A DNA stretch of 64,000 nt from Mobula hypostoma (Eukaryota). Below the pieces are notes generated by a model. The model worked only from the letters and a program-made list of their open reading frames with translations. It did no database searches and had not been told where the DNA came from. The stretch is taken from positions 20,956,001 through 21,020,000 of the forward strand of contig NC_086101.1 of the NCBI RefSeq assembly GCF_963921235.1. The letters are read 5' to 3'. This document shows, piece by piece, positions 38,020 through 51,237 of the stretch; position 1 is the stretch's first letter; each line of letters starts with the position of its first letter. The position numbers and the translations under genes were made by a program.

Positions 38020-40410
38020 TCATAGAAACATAGAAAACCTACAGCACAATAGAGGCCCTTCTGCCCACAAAGCTGTGCGAACATGTCCTTACCTTAGACA
38101 TTACCTAGGGTTACACATAGCACTATATTTCTCTAACAAATATTCCACTCTCCCCTCCTACCCCTCCTCACAGTCCCCCACCCTGCTCTCATGACCATAC
38201 CCCTCCCCCACACGAAACCACCACGGTGGGCTTCACAGCTGAACAGGTGAGAAGACAGCTGAAACGTCTCAACCCAAACAAGGCTGCGGAACCGGATGGT
38301 GTCAGTACCAGGGTGTTCAAAGCCTGTGCCCCTCAGCTATGTGGAGTACTTCGCCATGTATTGAGCCTGAGGCTCCGGAGGGTTCCTGTACTGTGGAAGA
38401 CGTCCTGCCTCATCCCTGTGCCGAAGATACCGCGCCCCAGCGGCCTCAGTGACTACAGACCAGTGCATTGACCTCCCACATCATGAAGACCCTGGAGAGA
38501 CTTGTTCTGGAGCTGCTCCGGCCTATGGTCAGGCCACACTTAGATCCCTTCCAGTTTGCCTACCAGCCCCGAATAGGAGTTGAGGATGCCATCGTCTTCC
38601 TGCTGAACCGTGTCTACGCCCTCCTGGACAAGCCAGCGAGCACTGTGAGGGTCATGTTTTTTGACTTCTTCAGTGCGTTCAACACCATCTGCCCTGCTCT
38701 GCTGGGGGAGAAGCTGACAGCGATGCAGGTGGATGCTTCCCTGGTATCATGGATTCTTGATTACCTGACTGGCAGACCACAGTACATGTGCTTGCAACAC
38801 TGCGTTTCCGACAGAGTGATCAGCAGCACTGGGGCTCCACAGGGGACTGTCTTGTCTCCCTTTCTCTTCACCATTTACACCTCGGACTTCAACTACTGCA
38901 CGGAGTCTTGTCATCTTCAGAAGTTTTCAGATGACTCTGCCATAGTTGGATGCATCAGCAAGGGAGATGAGGCTGAGTACAGGGCTACGGTAGGAAACTT
39001 TGTCACATGGTGTGAGCAGAATTATCTGCAGCTTAATGTGAAAAATACTAAGGAGCTGGTGGTAGACCTGAGGAGAGCTAAGGTACCGGTGACCCCTGTT
39101 TCCATCCAGGGGGTCAGTGTGGACATGGTAGAGGATTACAAATACCTGGGGATACGAATTGACAATAAACTGGACTGGTCAAAGAACACTGAGGCTGTCT
39201 ACAAGAAGGGGCAGAGCCGTCTCTATTTCCTGAGGAGACTGAGGTCCTTTAACATCTGCCGGATGATGCTGAGGATGTTCTCCGAGTCTGTGGTGGCCAG
39301 TGCTATCATGTTTGCTGCTGTGTGTTGGGGCAGCAGGCTGAGGGTGGCAGACACCAACAGAATCAACAAACTCATTCATAAGGCCAGTGATGTTGTGGGG
39401 ATGGAACTGGACTCTCTCACGGTGGTGTCTGAAGAGAGGATGCTGTCTAAGTTGCATGCCACCTTGGTCAATGTCTCCCATCCACTACATAATGTGCTGG
39501 GTGGGCACAGGAATACATTCAGCCAGAGACTCATTCCACCGAGATGCAGCACTGAGCGTCATAGGAAATCATTCCCGCCTGTGGCCATCAAACTTTACAA
39601 CTCCTCCCTTGGAGGATCAGACACCCTGAGCCAACAGGCTGGTCCTGGACTTATTTCATAATTTACTGGCATAATTTACATATTACTATTTATGGTTCTA
39701 TTACTATTTACTATTTATGGAGCAACTGTAACAAAAAGCAATTTCCCCCAGGATTAATAAAGTATGACTATGACTATAAGCTTCAAGTACCTATCCAGGA
39801 GTCTCTTAAGAGACGCTATCATATCCGCCTGCACCACTGCCGCCGGCAGCCCATTCCACACACTCACCACTCTCTACATAAAAACTTACCCCTGACATCT
39901 CCTCCGTACCTGCTTCCAAGCACTTTAAAACTATACCCTCTCATGCTTGCCATTTCAGCCCGAGGAAAAAGCCTCTGACTATCCACATGATCAATGCCTC
40001 TCATCATCTTATACACCTCTATCAGGTCATCCTCTCATTCTCCATCGCTCCAAGGAGAAAAGGCGGAGTTCATTCAACCTATTCTCATAAGGCATGCTCC
40101 CCAATCCAGGCAACATCCTTGTAAATCTCCTCTGCACCCTTTCTATGGTTTCCACGTCCTTCCTGTAGTGAAGCGACCAGAAATGAGCACTGTACACCAA
40201 GTGGGGTTTGACTAGGGTCCGAAATAGCTGCAACACTACCTCTCAGCTCTTAAACTCAATCCCACGATTGATGAAGGCCAATGCACCGTACACCCTCTTA
40301 ACCACAGAGTCAATCTGCGCAGCTGCTTTGAGTGTCCTATGGACTCGGACCCCAAGATCCCTCTGATCCTCCACGCTGCCAAGAGTCTTAACCATTAATG
40401 CTATATTCTG
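38020..40410 (-). mobile_element. CR1 3' fragment split by a nested Rex1/Babar element
   Basis: catagaaacatagaaaacc tail at ~38020; the sequence resumes at ~39780; RT C-terminus at 40027-40236. Confidence 0.8.
38136..39778 (+). mobile_element. 5'-truncated Rex1/Babar LINE, RT largely intact (ORFs 38226-38471 and 38468-39661, one frameshift)
   Basis: DYRPV|TSHIMKTLERL, QFAYQP, GAPQGTVLSPFLF, QKFSDDSAIVG, RLYFLRRL; tail tatgactatgactat. Confidence 0.92.
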
Positions 40411-40866
40411 TTATATTGTATTTTTCTGCCTCTGTAAAACTAACTGACTGAGCTTCTGGCTGTCTGGCTTCAGTTTTTGTTAACTGCAGTGTGCCAATTC
40501 TAGATCATTAACATTTGATGTGCCGTATTCTAAAATCTTGCAGATGGAGCTGGAGAGGATTTGTTATTGGTAGCTCTGTTTGGATGGCGTGGGTGCAATA
40601 TGCTGAGCGAGATGAACTGTAACATTGTGACATACAGTAATCAAATTGCAATTCTCTTGTGCAAAGCAAGAGGCCTTTATCAAATGGAACCATCCCACAG
40701 CATCAGACAGAAGATGAAAGTTCAGGCAGAGAAAGAAGGAAACTGATCAGGGTGTGAACAAGTTTGTTCTTGTTGAAAGTATCACTGGTTATTTGGTACT
40801 GAAACTGAGAAAAATGGAGAGAATATGAGAGCATAAATCCAACAAACATTTGCAGCTTGTACTAAC

Positions 40867-40891
40867 CTGGTCCCTGGCAATGCTTGTTCTC
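40867..40891 (-). CDS. Candidate 25-nt cytoplasmic micro-exon (GEQALPGT), phase 1 to 2
   Basis: Donor CAG|gttagt; modest acceptor ttgtgatcag; in frame with the TM exon. Confidence 0.25.
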
Positions 40892-42943
40892 CTGATCACA
40901 ACATAAGCACTGATTTATTTCTCCTTTCAGTGTCAGAAGCTTTAAATTAAAAAAAAACATGCTGTTGAAACCATTTCTGGATGCTCCTTCTGTTTTGTTT
41001 TCAGAAAATATTTTCTCTAAATATCTTTTCCCTTAAAGATTACCTGTGCTCAATCCTTCCACCAGCCATAACTTCTCCATTCAAAAACCTGACTGACTGC
41101 ACAACCACAAGGGCATCTTAGAGAAGTCTGATCCTATCCTTAATGTGCACACTGTGGGCATTTCCTTTCACTGACCTACCCAGCTGCCATCCAGCCCCAT
41201 TAGGAACTTTCACTAGGAATGAAGAATCCAGTTATTTCTCATTGGTATCAAGGCTGTACAGTAGACTTTGGACCAGGGAAAATCATAAACTCTCACCCTC
41301 AGAGGAAAAAATAAATAACCAAGGTGGAATTCCATTCTTCATTGTCAAGTGAACTGGGAGTACTCTTCACAGCCAATACAATTTAAGAAAACACCTGTGC
41401 CCAGTCTAGGTGAACTGACATTTACATCATGATGTTGGTCACCCCTGAATCTTCCGTTGAAAGGATGAGTTGGTCATCCCCAATTGTCTCCAGTTTCCAC
41501 AATACGAACAGTGTTCTGTGCTAAAGGATAAAAAACTGCCTAATCAGACAGACTTCATGAAGTTAATGGTGAATCCTGTGGGCAATGTTCCCAATGCTTG
41601 GCTGTCCCTGCTTTCCCTTGTCCTTTGCTTCAGCCACTGAAATGCAGATAGTGTAGGGGCAGGAGCAGGAAACCAAGCAGGTTACTCCCATTATCATTAC
41701 TTTACTCACAGACTGGAATTTCACTTTTGCAACATAAAACCATTCCTTCCATTCTGGCTGTCTGGATGGTTCTTCAGACTGTCCAATTCATAACCATTTT
41801 AATCACCTTTAATCTCCATTGAAAAATTCCCAGCTTGATTTATTTATTTGTCTACAGCACCTTCTCAAATAATGATTGTGTGCTGCACTCTCTTTGTTTC
41901 CTCAGCCTCCACCCTCAGTGTACAACATCCAAGAAACATTTGCTGTTAATAATGAAACCCATGCAGCACAGTTATGAAGTTACATTATCTGTAAACTAGT
42001 TTAAATGGAATGCAGATATATAAACATCACTAAAACTTTTAAGAGCAGATTGTATTACATGGCACTTCGGAGCAACAGGCATTGGTTTTCTGCAATGTAC
42101 CACTGTTAGGAATGAAATAACTTGGATCCATTCAATACTGAACTTGCTTTTGTGAACTGAGCTAGCTCCCAATTGTGGTTCACACTTTGGCCCTGCATAT
42201 TCTTAGATCCCATAAGGGGTACACAGATGGTTGCTGAACAGCAGGGAAATCCACACCCCCGGCAATGGAGAGTATGCAAAGCAAGACTGTTCCTTTATGT
42301 GTTGGATTACAAAGAGGAAATTGGGGTCCGTTGTGTTGGGGTGGAGAGATGTTTGAGATTTGTAGCTGGGGGAGAGGTTTTCTAGTCAGGTGGGTACCTC
42401 CAATCAGGAGATGGCAGAGAGCTTGTCCGGTGTTGTGGGTTGGAACCATGGGGGAGAAAATAGTGTGTGGTGCAAGACCTGACTGACAGGCACTGCAAAA
42501 GCTTTCTTCTGTAGTGACAGGCCGAGAAATGGTGATGGCCATTCCGAAGTGAAGGAAAATCCCAGGGATAGTGCGCGTTGAGGGCCACTGCACTTTCCTG
42601 GGATGCTCTTTGTCAAGCTGCAAAAGGGATCAGAACTGGAGTCACACGCACCACATTTTATAGTCACCAAATTTCATTAAACATGCGGCACACATGGTGG
42701 AACATGTGGTGAGTTATCCCCTCAGTTCAAGGACTTATTGTATTTGTTTTCCTACTCAGGATGTGGTATACCCTCACTCCACTAATAATTGCATGGTGAT
42801 GATCACTAGTTTAGTGAGACCATACACGATGGGAACTAAAGCAAGAGATCCCATTAATAAGGACTAACTTGAAGCCAACTATTGTGATGGGCATTACCAG
42901 GGGTACACAATCTGACTTAATAAGAATACTCTAGAGTACTTGC

Positions 42944-43060
42944 CTTTATTGATCTTGAGTTCTCTCTTCCAATACAAAGTGAAAACAATAGCCGTGATGA
43001 AAGCTATCAGAGTAATGGTAGTAATTAAACAAATGTGGAATGGCCCCAGTAGTTTCTCAC
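42944..43060 (-). CDS. Transmembrane exon of the CD2/SLAM-family receptor
   Basis: Acceptor cccttttcag; 117 nt, phase 1-1. Encodes GEKLLGPFHICLITTITLIAFITAIVFTLYWKRELKINK (hydrophobic run plus basic stop-transfer). Donor AAG|GCAAGT, a GC donor. Confidence 0.85.
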
Positions 43061-44499
43061 CTGAAAAGGGATGGACATTCATCTGTGATTCTCTCAACAT
43101 TTAAGTTAAACTTGCTTTAAAATAGGAAATACAACAGACTGGTGAAGCTGAGATCAAGAGGAGAGCTGATACAGAGTGTGACATTAACATTCAGTGAAGG
43201 AACAAAATGATTTTAATGGTCAATTATTTCCTGTAACATGCTTGTGATGACACACGCGTGAAGCTGCAGTACCAGGAATCCCTACACCACAGAAGGAAGC
43301 TAGCCACCAATTCCAGCATTCCCTCTCCCTTGGTCTTTCCACACAGCCCAGATTGATTGTTTCCACCGATCCTACATGTGGTTGATTGCACACCACAACC
43401 ACTCCATTCAAAAGCATATTCCCTCCCTTGTGCCTTTTGCTCAGTATCTGTGGCATGTAGCCATGGAAACATCTGCTAATGGAAAAACATCAAGGATACA
43501 TCAAGATGTATAAAATGATAAGACTGGAGAGACATTCAAATAAGGCTAATATAAGAGGGCATAATTATATAGTGATTGGATAATAGTATAGGGGGTTCAA
43601 TCATTCAGAGGTTCAGTGGTTCCAGAGAATGTCTGCAGTATACAACCTGAAAATCTTACTCTCTGCAGACAGCCTTGAAACAGAAGAAAAATCCCAAAGA
43701 ATGAATGACAGAAAAGATGTAAGAACCCCAAAGCCCCTTGTCCCCTCCCACACACAAGCAACAGCAAGCAGCATTAACCCTCTCCCCACTTATTCTGGCA
43801 GAGCGCATCAGCACTCCCACCAGCCATTATGCAAGAAACAGCAAAGGGCCAAAGAGAGAGCATGGTCTACAGTCCATAAAAAACTACTGTTCAACATCCC
43901 TCAGGCTCTCTCTCTCAGCTAAGCAGAGACGGATATCACTCCTTCCACAGTAAGAGGGACACACAGTCGCTGTTTCGATGTTACAGTCCGTAGCACTACT
44001 TTTATTTGAGTTTCCCCCAACTCGAGAATCAGCAGCAACCTCTCACTCACCATCGAGACAGAGAGAGAGCGGTCACCCGAGTGGAGAGGCCTCTGACAGT
44101 CTCGAGAGAAGGCAACTAACAAAGTCATTAAGAAGGAAAAGATGGAATATGAAAGTAAGCTGGTTAATAATATTAAAGAGGATACAAAAAGTTTCTTCAG
44201 ATACATAAAGTGTAAAAGAGAGGTGAGAGTGGATATCGGACCATTGGAAAATGATGCTGGAGAGGTAGTATTGGGGGACAAGGAATTGGCAGACAAACTG
44301 AATAAGTATTTTGCATCAGATTTTACTGTGGAAAACACTGGCAGTACGGTGTAAGTTCCAGAGTGTCAAGGGTCATGAAACGTGTGAAATTGCCATTACG
44401 AAGGAGAAGGTTTATGGGAAACTGAAAGCTCTGAAGGTAAGTCACCTAGACCAGATGGTGTACACCCCAGGTTTCTTAAAGAAGTAGCTGAAGGGATTG

Positions 44500-45200
44500 T
44501 TTTTATTTTTACACCCCAATTAACTCTGGCCACACCCCCCATAAAACCGCAGCCACTACACTACCCTATCCACCAAAGCCCTATATGCTCACCACACAAA
44601 ACTTCACAACCTGTTCTCTCCCAACCCATTCTCTCCCAACCCAACATATACATCCACCATCCCTACCCTCAAACCTAATCTTAATGTCCAAGGGGGCACA
44701 TACCCCCCACTAACCCTAGGCACAACCTCACAAATGCAATGACTTGTGTAGGAGGGGGGGAAAGATCCAATAAAGGCAAGTGTTGGACCTGGTTAATGAA
44801 GGCATGGGCCAGATCAATGTGGCAGGGTTGTGTGACACAGAATCTCAAGTGACAAGATCAAGAAGCACAAGAGAGCTGATTCACCCACTGCCCGAATAAT
44901 CTCAATCCGTCTCGTTGTCTCAATGTTTCGGCTTCCCATGATGCTACAGTTTGTGATGCCGGCGAAAAATCAGCTCAACAAGACCATACAAGGTCACGAC
45001 CTGAAGGAGCTTCCTTCCAGGCCTCGCCTGGAGATATTGAAAACACAGCCAATTGGCAAGCCCTAAGAACGTGAACACGCTGCCGTCAAGCTCTTTGCAG
45101 TCAAGCTCTGACTGGCCCATAGATGGGGCCAGAATGAATAGGGCAGCAAAGTTAAGTCTGGAGTTTATGCTCAGGCTGCACATTCCTAAAACTCACCGAT
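44500..45200 (-). mobile_element. Degenerate L1-like 3' remnant
   Basis: HNPATLIWPMPSL resembles the fish L1 ORF2 C-terminal ...PATLIHMFW.CP.L; followed by an A/C-rich tail. Confidence 0.4.
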
Positions 45201-45315
45201 CTATCTCAGACCTGACTAATCCATTGTATGGGTATTGAAATTAGAATAGAAAGGAAATAAATAACTGTCAGTATTTGAGAAAAGTTTACGGGTGTTGAAG
45301 AAGTAATGCACCAAC

Positions 45316-45603
45316 CTTCAGTGTCTGGACAGAGGTTTCTGAGATCCACACTCATAGTTGCCTCACTGACAGGGTTCCTCACTGTGCAGTTGTACACTCT
45401 GTTATCACTCGGCCTTAAGGACAATTCCAGACTTCTCCCTTCGTCAGTCAGTACATGAGACTCATCGGTCGTGACCTTATCATCTCCTGTCCACCAAGAG
45501 TAAACTGGCTTCGTGCCACGTTCCAGTAAACAGTCCAAGCTAATGTTACATAGCTCATTTGAGACAAATTGGCTGCTAGTTATTACGGGTGTTGATACAC
45601 GTT
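45316..45603 (-). CDS. Ig C2-set exon of the CD2/SLAM-family receptor (intact copy 1)
   Basis: Acceptor ttttcttataaacag; 288 nt, phase 1-1. ERVSTPVIT...CNISLDC...YSW...YNCTVRNPVSE...LRNLC carries the CD2/SLAM C2 signature with two Cys pairs. Donor AG|gttggt. Confidence 0.92.
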
Positions 45604-46603
45604 CTGTTTATAAGAAAAACAAAAAAAAGATAATGGTTTGTCAACAAGAGATATTAATTGTGAGCCTGTCTCAAGAACTTTGATATAGGGCTAAGAGAAG
45701 CCTGTTCAGCCATTCATCAATCTCATTTTTATCCTATCCTAAATTCCTTTTATATACAAAAGATCTATCTACTTTAGTATTGATTGACCTTAATAATTAA
45801 GTCTCCCCAGTCTTCTAGAGTAGTCCTACCCCTTACTCTGACTCTAGCCTTCTCAGGCTGGGCAGATATCCACCAAGCATCCACTCTATTAGGACCTATG
45901 AGATTTGTTTCTTAAGTTTTGGTGAGATTACCTTTCATTCTTCTGAACTTTTAGGAATACAGGTGTACACTACTCAGTCTGTTGTATGGAAACCTATCCA
46001 TCCCAGGAACTGTACTGCTGACATTTAGTTAGAACTCCCATGTATGTCACGTTTTAAATAAGGAGACTGAAATGGAACTTGTATGAACAGCTTTGAGAGT
46101 ACTAGAACATTTCTTGTCCATATTATCTCTGTTCCACGTGGATTTTCAGTTAGCAAGCTCAATAGTCTAGTAGCTTCCACTCCTGTTCTTCACTTTCACG
46201 TCTCTTCTGCACTGTACAATTCTCCTTCCAAATAGTAAGGAGGAGAGGTAAATGCTGCTGTCGTACCCTCTCACCACTGAACATTGTGGTTTCTGGGACA
46301 ATAGGATGAGGATGCAGGTGGCAGCAAGTATTTATTGTAAGAGATCATACTGTCAGATGACTTAGTGTTCCCTTCTGGAAGGGAACCATCCAATTTTTTT
46401 GCCAGCAGTATGTACAGTAAACAGACAGTGCTTCGGACCGGGTCCTTCACAAAAGCAGGTGCTGCATCTGAGCAGTGTTTCAGTGTTCCCTCTGCCTTGT
46501 GTATCCCACAGGCTTCGGCTCGACCGCAAACATCTCCCCTTTCATCTTTAATTACTCTAAAAATGTCAGACCAGAATATATGTTATAATGAAAGTAATAT
46601 TAC

Positions 46604-46933
46604 CATAAATTCGCAGTTCCATCACTTCATGATGGACATCTGCATCGGTCCTTGCATTTATTTCATACAGGCCTTCATCACTGTATGTTAGGTTCTGTAT
46701 TTCCAGGCTATAGTCCTTCAAGTTTAATGTTACCCTCTCTCTCTTACAATTTGTTGGATTGTTTGTATATTTCACACATAATTGAATCTTTTTTTGATGA
46801 GATGAATTTGTGTAGTCCCAAGCAATGAATGAAATGTTTTCTCCTGACACATTTCCTGGCAAAGTGACTGACTGTCCCAGTGTCCCATTCACCACACAAC
46901 GAGTAGCCGGGTTCCCATTGGTCCCTGCCAGAA
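46604..46933 (-). CDS. Ig V-set N-terminal exon of the CD2/SLAM-family receptor (copy 1)
   Basis: Acceptor ccttctgtttcag, donor TG|gtaata; 330 nt, phase 1-1. NGTLGQSVTLP...W...SLEIQNLTYSDEGLYE lacks the canonical V-set disulfide, as in CD2/SLAM N-domains. Confidence 0.93.
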
Positions 46934-47660
46934 CTGAAACAGAAGGACATGTCATTAGAGTCATTAGTCTCAGTGTGTTGGTGTCCACATTTCCACAGCA
47001 TGGCAACTCTAGCAGGGTCCCAAATCTGAGGGACAAGAGGAAGCAGGCAGATGAGAACACCACCACATGTTGGGACGATGCCCTTTTACCTCAGTGGCAC
47101 ACATGCTATCTAATGACCATGGAGGAAAACAATTAAAACACAAAAGTGGTTTCTGATAGAACAGCTATGCTCCACGCAAGGCTGTGAATACACAATGCAT
47201 TTTTGTTTGTGACACGGGAGACTACAGTTGCTGGTACATAGAAATAATCTGCTGGAGGAGATCAGCATTTCAAACTGCTTCTATGGTGGGGGGGGGTGGT
47301 CGATTAATGTTTTGGGTAGAAATCCTGCATCATTACTTACCCTCACAGATGCTGCCTGACCTGCTGAGTTCCTCCAGCAGTTTATGTTTTTTGCCACAGT
47401 TTAATTGCATTGGCACAACATTTATTTTTGCTGGCTCTAAACCCTAGAACATCCTCCCCAACACCATTGTGCGGGCATCTTCCCCAGAAGGACTTAAACT
47501 GTTCCAGAAGGCAGCTTACCAGCACTTCTCAAGGGCAGTTTGTGATGAGCAGTAATGGTGACCTTGACAGCAAAGTACAGGGTGGAGAAGGGAAATGGTG
47601 GGAGAACGATCTGGTCCCATAAACTACAATAGGCACACTCAGTCATCACTTTATTCAGTT

Positions 47661-50005
47661 CATAGAATCATAGAACCATAGACCCATAGAATATTACAGC
47701 ACAGAAACAGGGTTTTTGGCCATTCTTGGCTGTGTCGAACCTTTTTTCTGCCTAGTCCCACTGACCTGCTCCTGGACCATATCCCTCCATACACCTCTCA
47801 TCCATATACCTGTCCAACTTTTTCTTAAATGTTAAAAGTCAGCCCGCATTTACCATTTCACATGGCAGCTCATTCCACACTCCCACCACTCTGTGTGAAG
47901 AAGCCCCCCCACTAATGTTCCCTTTAAACTTTTCCCCCTTCACCCTTAACCCATGTCCTCTGGTTTTTTTTTCTCCCCTAACCTCAGTGGAAAAAGCCTG
48001 CTTGCATTCATCCTATCTATACCCATCTTAATTTTATATACATCTATCAAATCTCCCCTCATTCTTCTACGCTCCAGGGAATAAAGTCCTAACCTATTCA
48101 ACCTTTCTCTGTAACTCAGTTTCTCAAGTCCTGGCAACGTCCTTGTAAACCTTCTCTGCACTCTTTCAACCTTATTAATATCCTTCCTGTAATTTGGTGA
48201 CCAAAACTGCACACAATACCCCAAATTCGGCCTCACCAATGCTTTATGCAACCTCACCATAACATTCCAACTTTTATACTCAATACTTTGACTTATAAAG
48301 GCCAATGTACCAAAAGCTCTCTTTACGACCCTATCTACCTGTGGCGCCACTTTTAGGGAATTTTGTATCTGTATTCCCAGATCCCTCTGTTCTACTGCAC
48401 TCCTCAATGCCTTACCATTAACCCTGTATGTTCTACCTTGGTTTGTCCTTCCAAAGTGCAATACCTCACACTTGTCTGTATTAAGCTTCATCTGCCATTG
48501 TTCAGCTCAGTTTTCCAGCTGGTCCAAATCCCTTTGCAAGCTTTGAAAACCTTCCTCACTGTTCACTACACCTCCAATCTTTGTATCATCAGCAAATTTG
48601 CTGATCCAATTTACCACATTATCATTGAGATCATTGATATAGATGACAAATAACAATGGACCCAGCAGTGATCCCTGTGGCACACCATTAGTCACAGGCC
48701 TCCACTCAGAAAAACAATCCTCCACTACCACTCTCTGGCTTCTTCCATTGAGCCAATGTCTATTCCAATTTACTACCTCTCCATGTATACCTAGCGACTG
48801 AATCTTCCCAACTAATGTCCCATGCAGGACCTTGTCAAAGGCCTTACTGAAGTTCATGTAGACAACATCCACTGCCTTCCCTTCATCCACTTTCCTGGTA
48901 ACCTCCTCGAAAAACTCTAATAGATTTCTTAAACATGACCTACCATGCACATGACTCTCCCTAATAAGTCCCTGTCTATTCAATTACTTGTAGATTCTAT
49001 CTCTTAGTACTCCTTCCAATAACTTACCTACTACCGACGTCAAATTTACTGGCTTATAATTTCCCGGGTTACTTTTAAAGCCTTTTTTAAACAACGGAAC
49101 AAGATGAGCTATCCGCCAATCCTCCGGCACCTCACCCGTAGATACCGACATTTTAAATATATCTGCCAGGGCCCCTGCAATTTCAACAGCAGTCTCCTTC
49201 AAGGTCCGAGGGAATACCCTGTCAGGTCCTGGGGATTTATCTACTCTGATTTGCCTAAAGATAGCAAGCACCTCCTCCTCTTCAATCTGTATAGGTTCCA
49301 TGACATCACTACTTGTTTGCCTTATTTCCATTGATTCCATGCCAATTTCCTTAGTAAATACAGACGCAAAAAACCCATTTAAGATCTCCCCCATTTCTTT
49401 TGGTTGCACTCTGATCTTCAGGAGGACTAATTTTATCCCTTGCTATCCTTTTGCTCTTAATATACCAGTGGAAGCTCTTTGGATTATCCTTCACCTTGAC
49501 TGCCAAAGCAACCGCATGTCATCTTTTAGCCCTCCTGATTTCTTTCTTAAGTATTTTTTCGCACTTTTTATACTCCTCAAGCACCTAATTTGCTCTCTGT
49601 TTCCTATACATGTCATACATCTCTCTCTTCTTCTTTATCAGAGTTGCAATATCCCTTGAGAACCAAGAGTCCTTATTCCTATTCACTTTGCCTTTAATCC
49701 TGACAGGAGCATACAAGCTCTGCACTCTCAAAATTTCTCCTTTGAAGGCCTCCCACTTACCGATCACATCCTTGCCAGAGAACAACCTGTCCCAATCCAC
49801 GCTTTTTAGATCCTTTCTCGTTTCTTCAAGTTTGGCCTTTTTCCAGTTTAGAACCTTAACCCGAGGACCAGATCTATCCTTGTCCATGATCAAGTTGAAA
49901 CTAATGGTGTTATGATCACTGGAACCAAAGTGCTCCCCTACACAGACTTCCATCACCTGTCCTAACTCATTTCCTAACAGGAGAGCCAATATTGCAGCCT
50001 CTCTA
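47661..50005 (-). mobile_element. 5'-truncated CR1 LINE separating the two V-C2 cassettes and fused to the copy-2 C2 exon
   Basis: catagaatcatagaacc tail at 47661; RT ORFs 47946-49409 (SKFADDTKIGG); APE C-terminus AILALLLGNELGQV...SDHNTI from 50005. Confidence 0.93.
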
Positions 50006-50252
50006 GCCTCACTGACAGGGTTTGTCACTATGCAGTTGTACACTGTGTTGTTATCACTCGGCCTTAAGAACAATTCCAGTCTTCTCCGTCCATCAGTCAG
50101 TACATGAGACTCATCGGTCGTGACTTCATCATCTTCTGTCCACCAATTGAAAACTGGCTTCGTGCCATGTTCCAGTAAACAGTCCAAGCTAATGTTACAT
50201 ATCTCATCTGAGTCAAATTGGCTGCTATTTATTACAGGTGTTGATACATCTT
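50006..50252 (-). pseudogene. Ig C2 exon copy 2, truncated after NPVSEA by the CR1; native donor lost
   Basis: EDVSTPVIN...CNISLDC...YNCIVTNPVSEA reads directly into CR1 ORF2 (ORF 49585-50187). The acceptor atgaacag is intact. Confidence 0.88.
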
Positions 50253-51237
50253 CTGTTCATAAGAAAAATACAAATAATGATAATGGTTTGTCAATGACAG
50301 ATATTAGTTATAAACATGTCACAAGATCTTTGATATATAGCTAGGAGAAGCTTGCTCTGCCATTCATCAATCACATTTTTACCCTATCCTAAATTCCTCT
50401 TATATACAAAAGATCTATCTACTTCAATAATTAAGTCTCCCCAGTTTTCTAGAGTAGTCACATCCCTTAGTTTGACTCTAGCCTTCTCAGGTTGGGCAGA
50501 TGTTCCCCAAGCATCCACTCTATTAGGACCTATGAGATATGTTTCTTAAGTTTTGGCACAATTACCTTTCATTCTTCTGAACTTTTAGTGCACAGGTGTA
50601 CACTACTCAGTCTCTTGAATGGAAACCCATCCATCCCAGGAACTGTACTGCTGACATTTAGTTAGAACTCCCAGGTATGTCTCGTTTAAGATAAAGAGAC
50701 ATAAATGGAACTTGTATCAACCGCTTTGAGAGTACTAGGAATATTCCTTCCCCATGTTATCTCTGTTCCATCTGGATTCTCTGAAATGAAGCTCAGTAGA
50801 CCAGCACCTTTGTCTCCTGTCCTTCACTTTCACTTCTGTTCTGCACTGTACAATTTTCCTTCCAAATAGTAAGGAGGAGAAGTAAATGCTGCTGTCGTAC
50901 CCACTCACCAGTGAGCAATGTGGTTTCTGGGACAATAGGATGAGGACGCAGGTGGCAGCAAGAATTTATTGTGAGAGATCATACTGTCAGATGGCTTAGT
51001 GTTCCCTCCCAGAAAGGAACCATCCAATTTTTTTGCCAGCAGTATGTACAGTAAACAGACAGTGCTTCAGACCGGGTCCTTCACAAAAGCAGGTGCTGCA
51101 TCTGAGCAGTGTTTCAGTGTTCCCTCTGCCTTGTGTATCCCACAGACTTCAGCTCAGACCAAAACATCTCCCCTTTCATCTTTAATTACTCTAAAAATGT
51201 CAGACCAGAAAATATATTATAATTAAAATAATATTAC

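Noticed and set aside
42180-42623. 147-aa minus-strand ORF as a CD2-like proline-rich tail
   Set aside because: Its acceptor is phase 0, whereas the TM exon ends in phase 1. The join gives an immediate stop, so this is more likely UTR or intron.
46566-46603. Hydrophobic read-through tails after both V exons (GNITFIITYILV / GNIILIIIYFLV)
   Set aside because: They are short, follow a good donor, and are expected from AT-rich intron codons.
46365-46691. Paralogous + strand ORFs 46365-46691 and 50999-51226
   Set aside because: They fall in duplicated intron and antisense V-exon sequence; their similarity only reflects the duplication.
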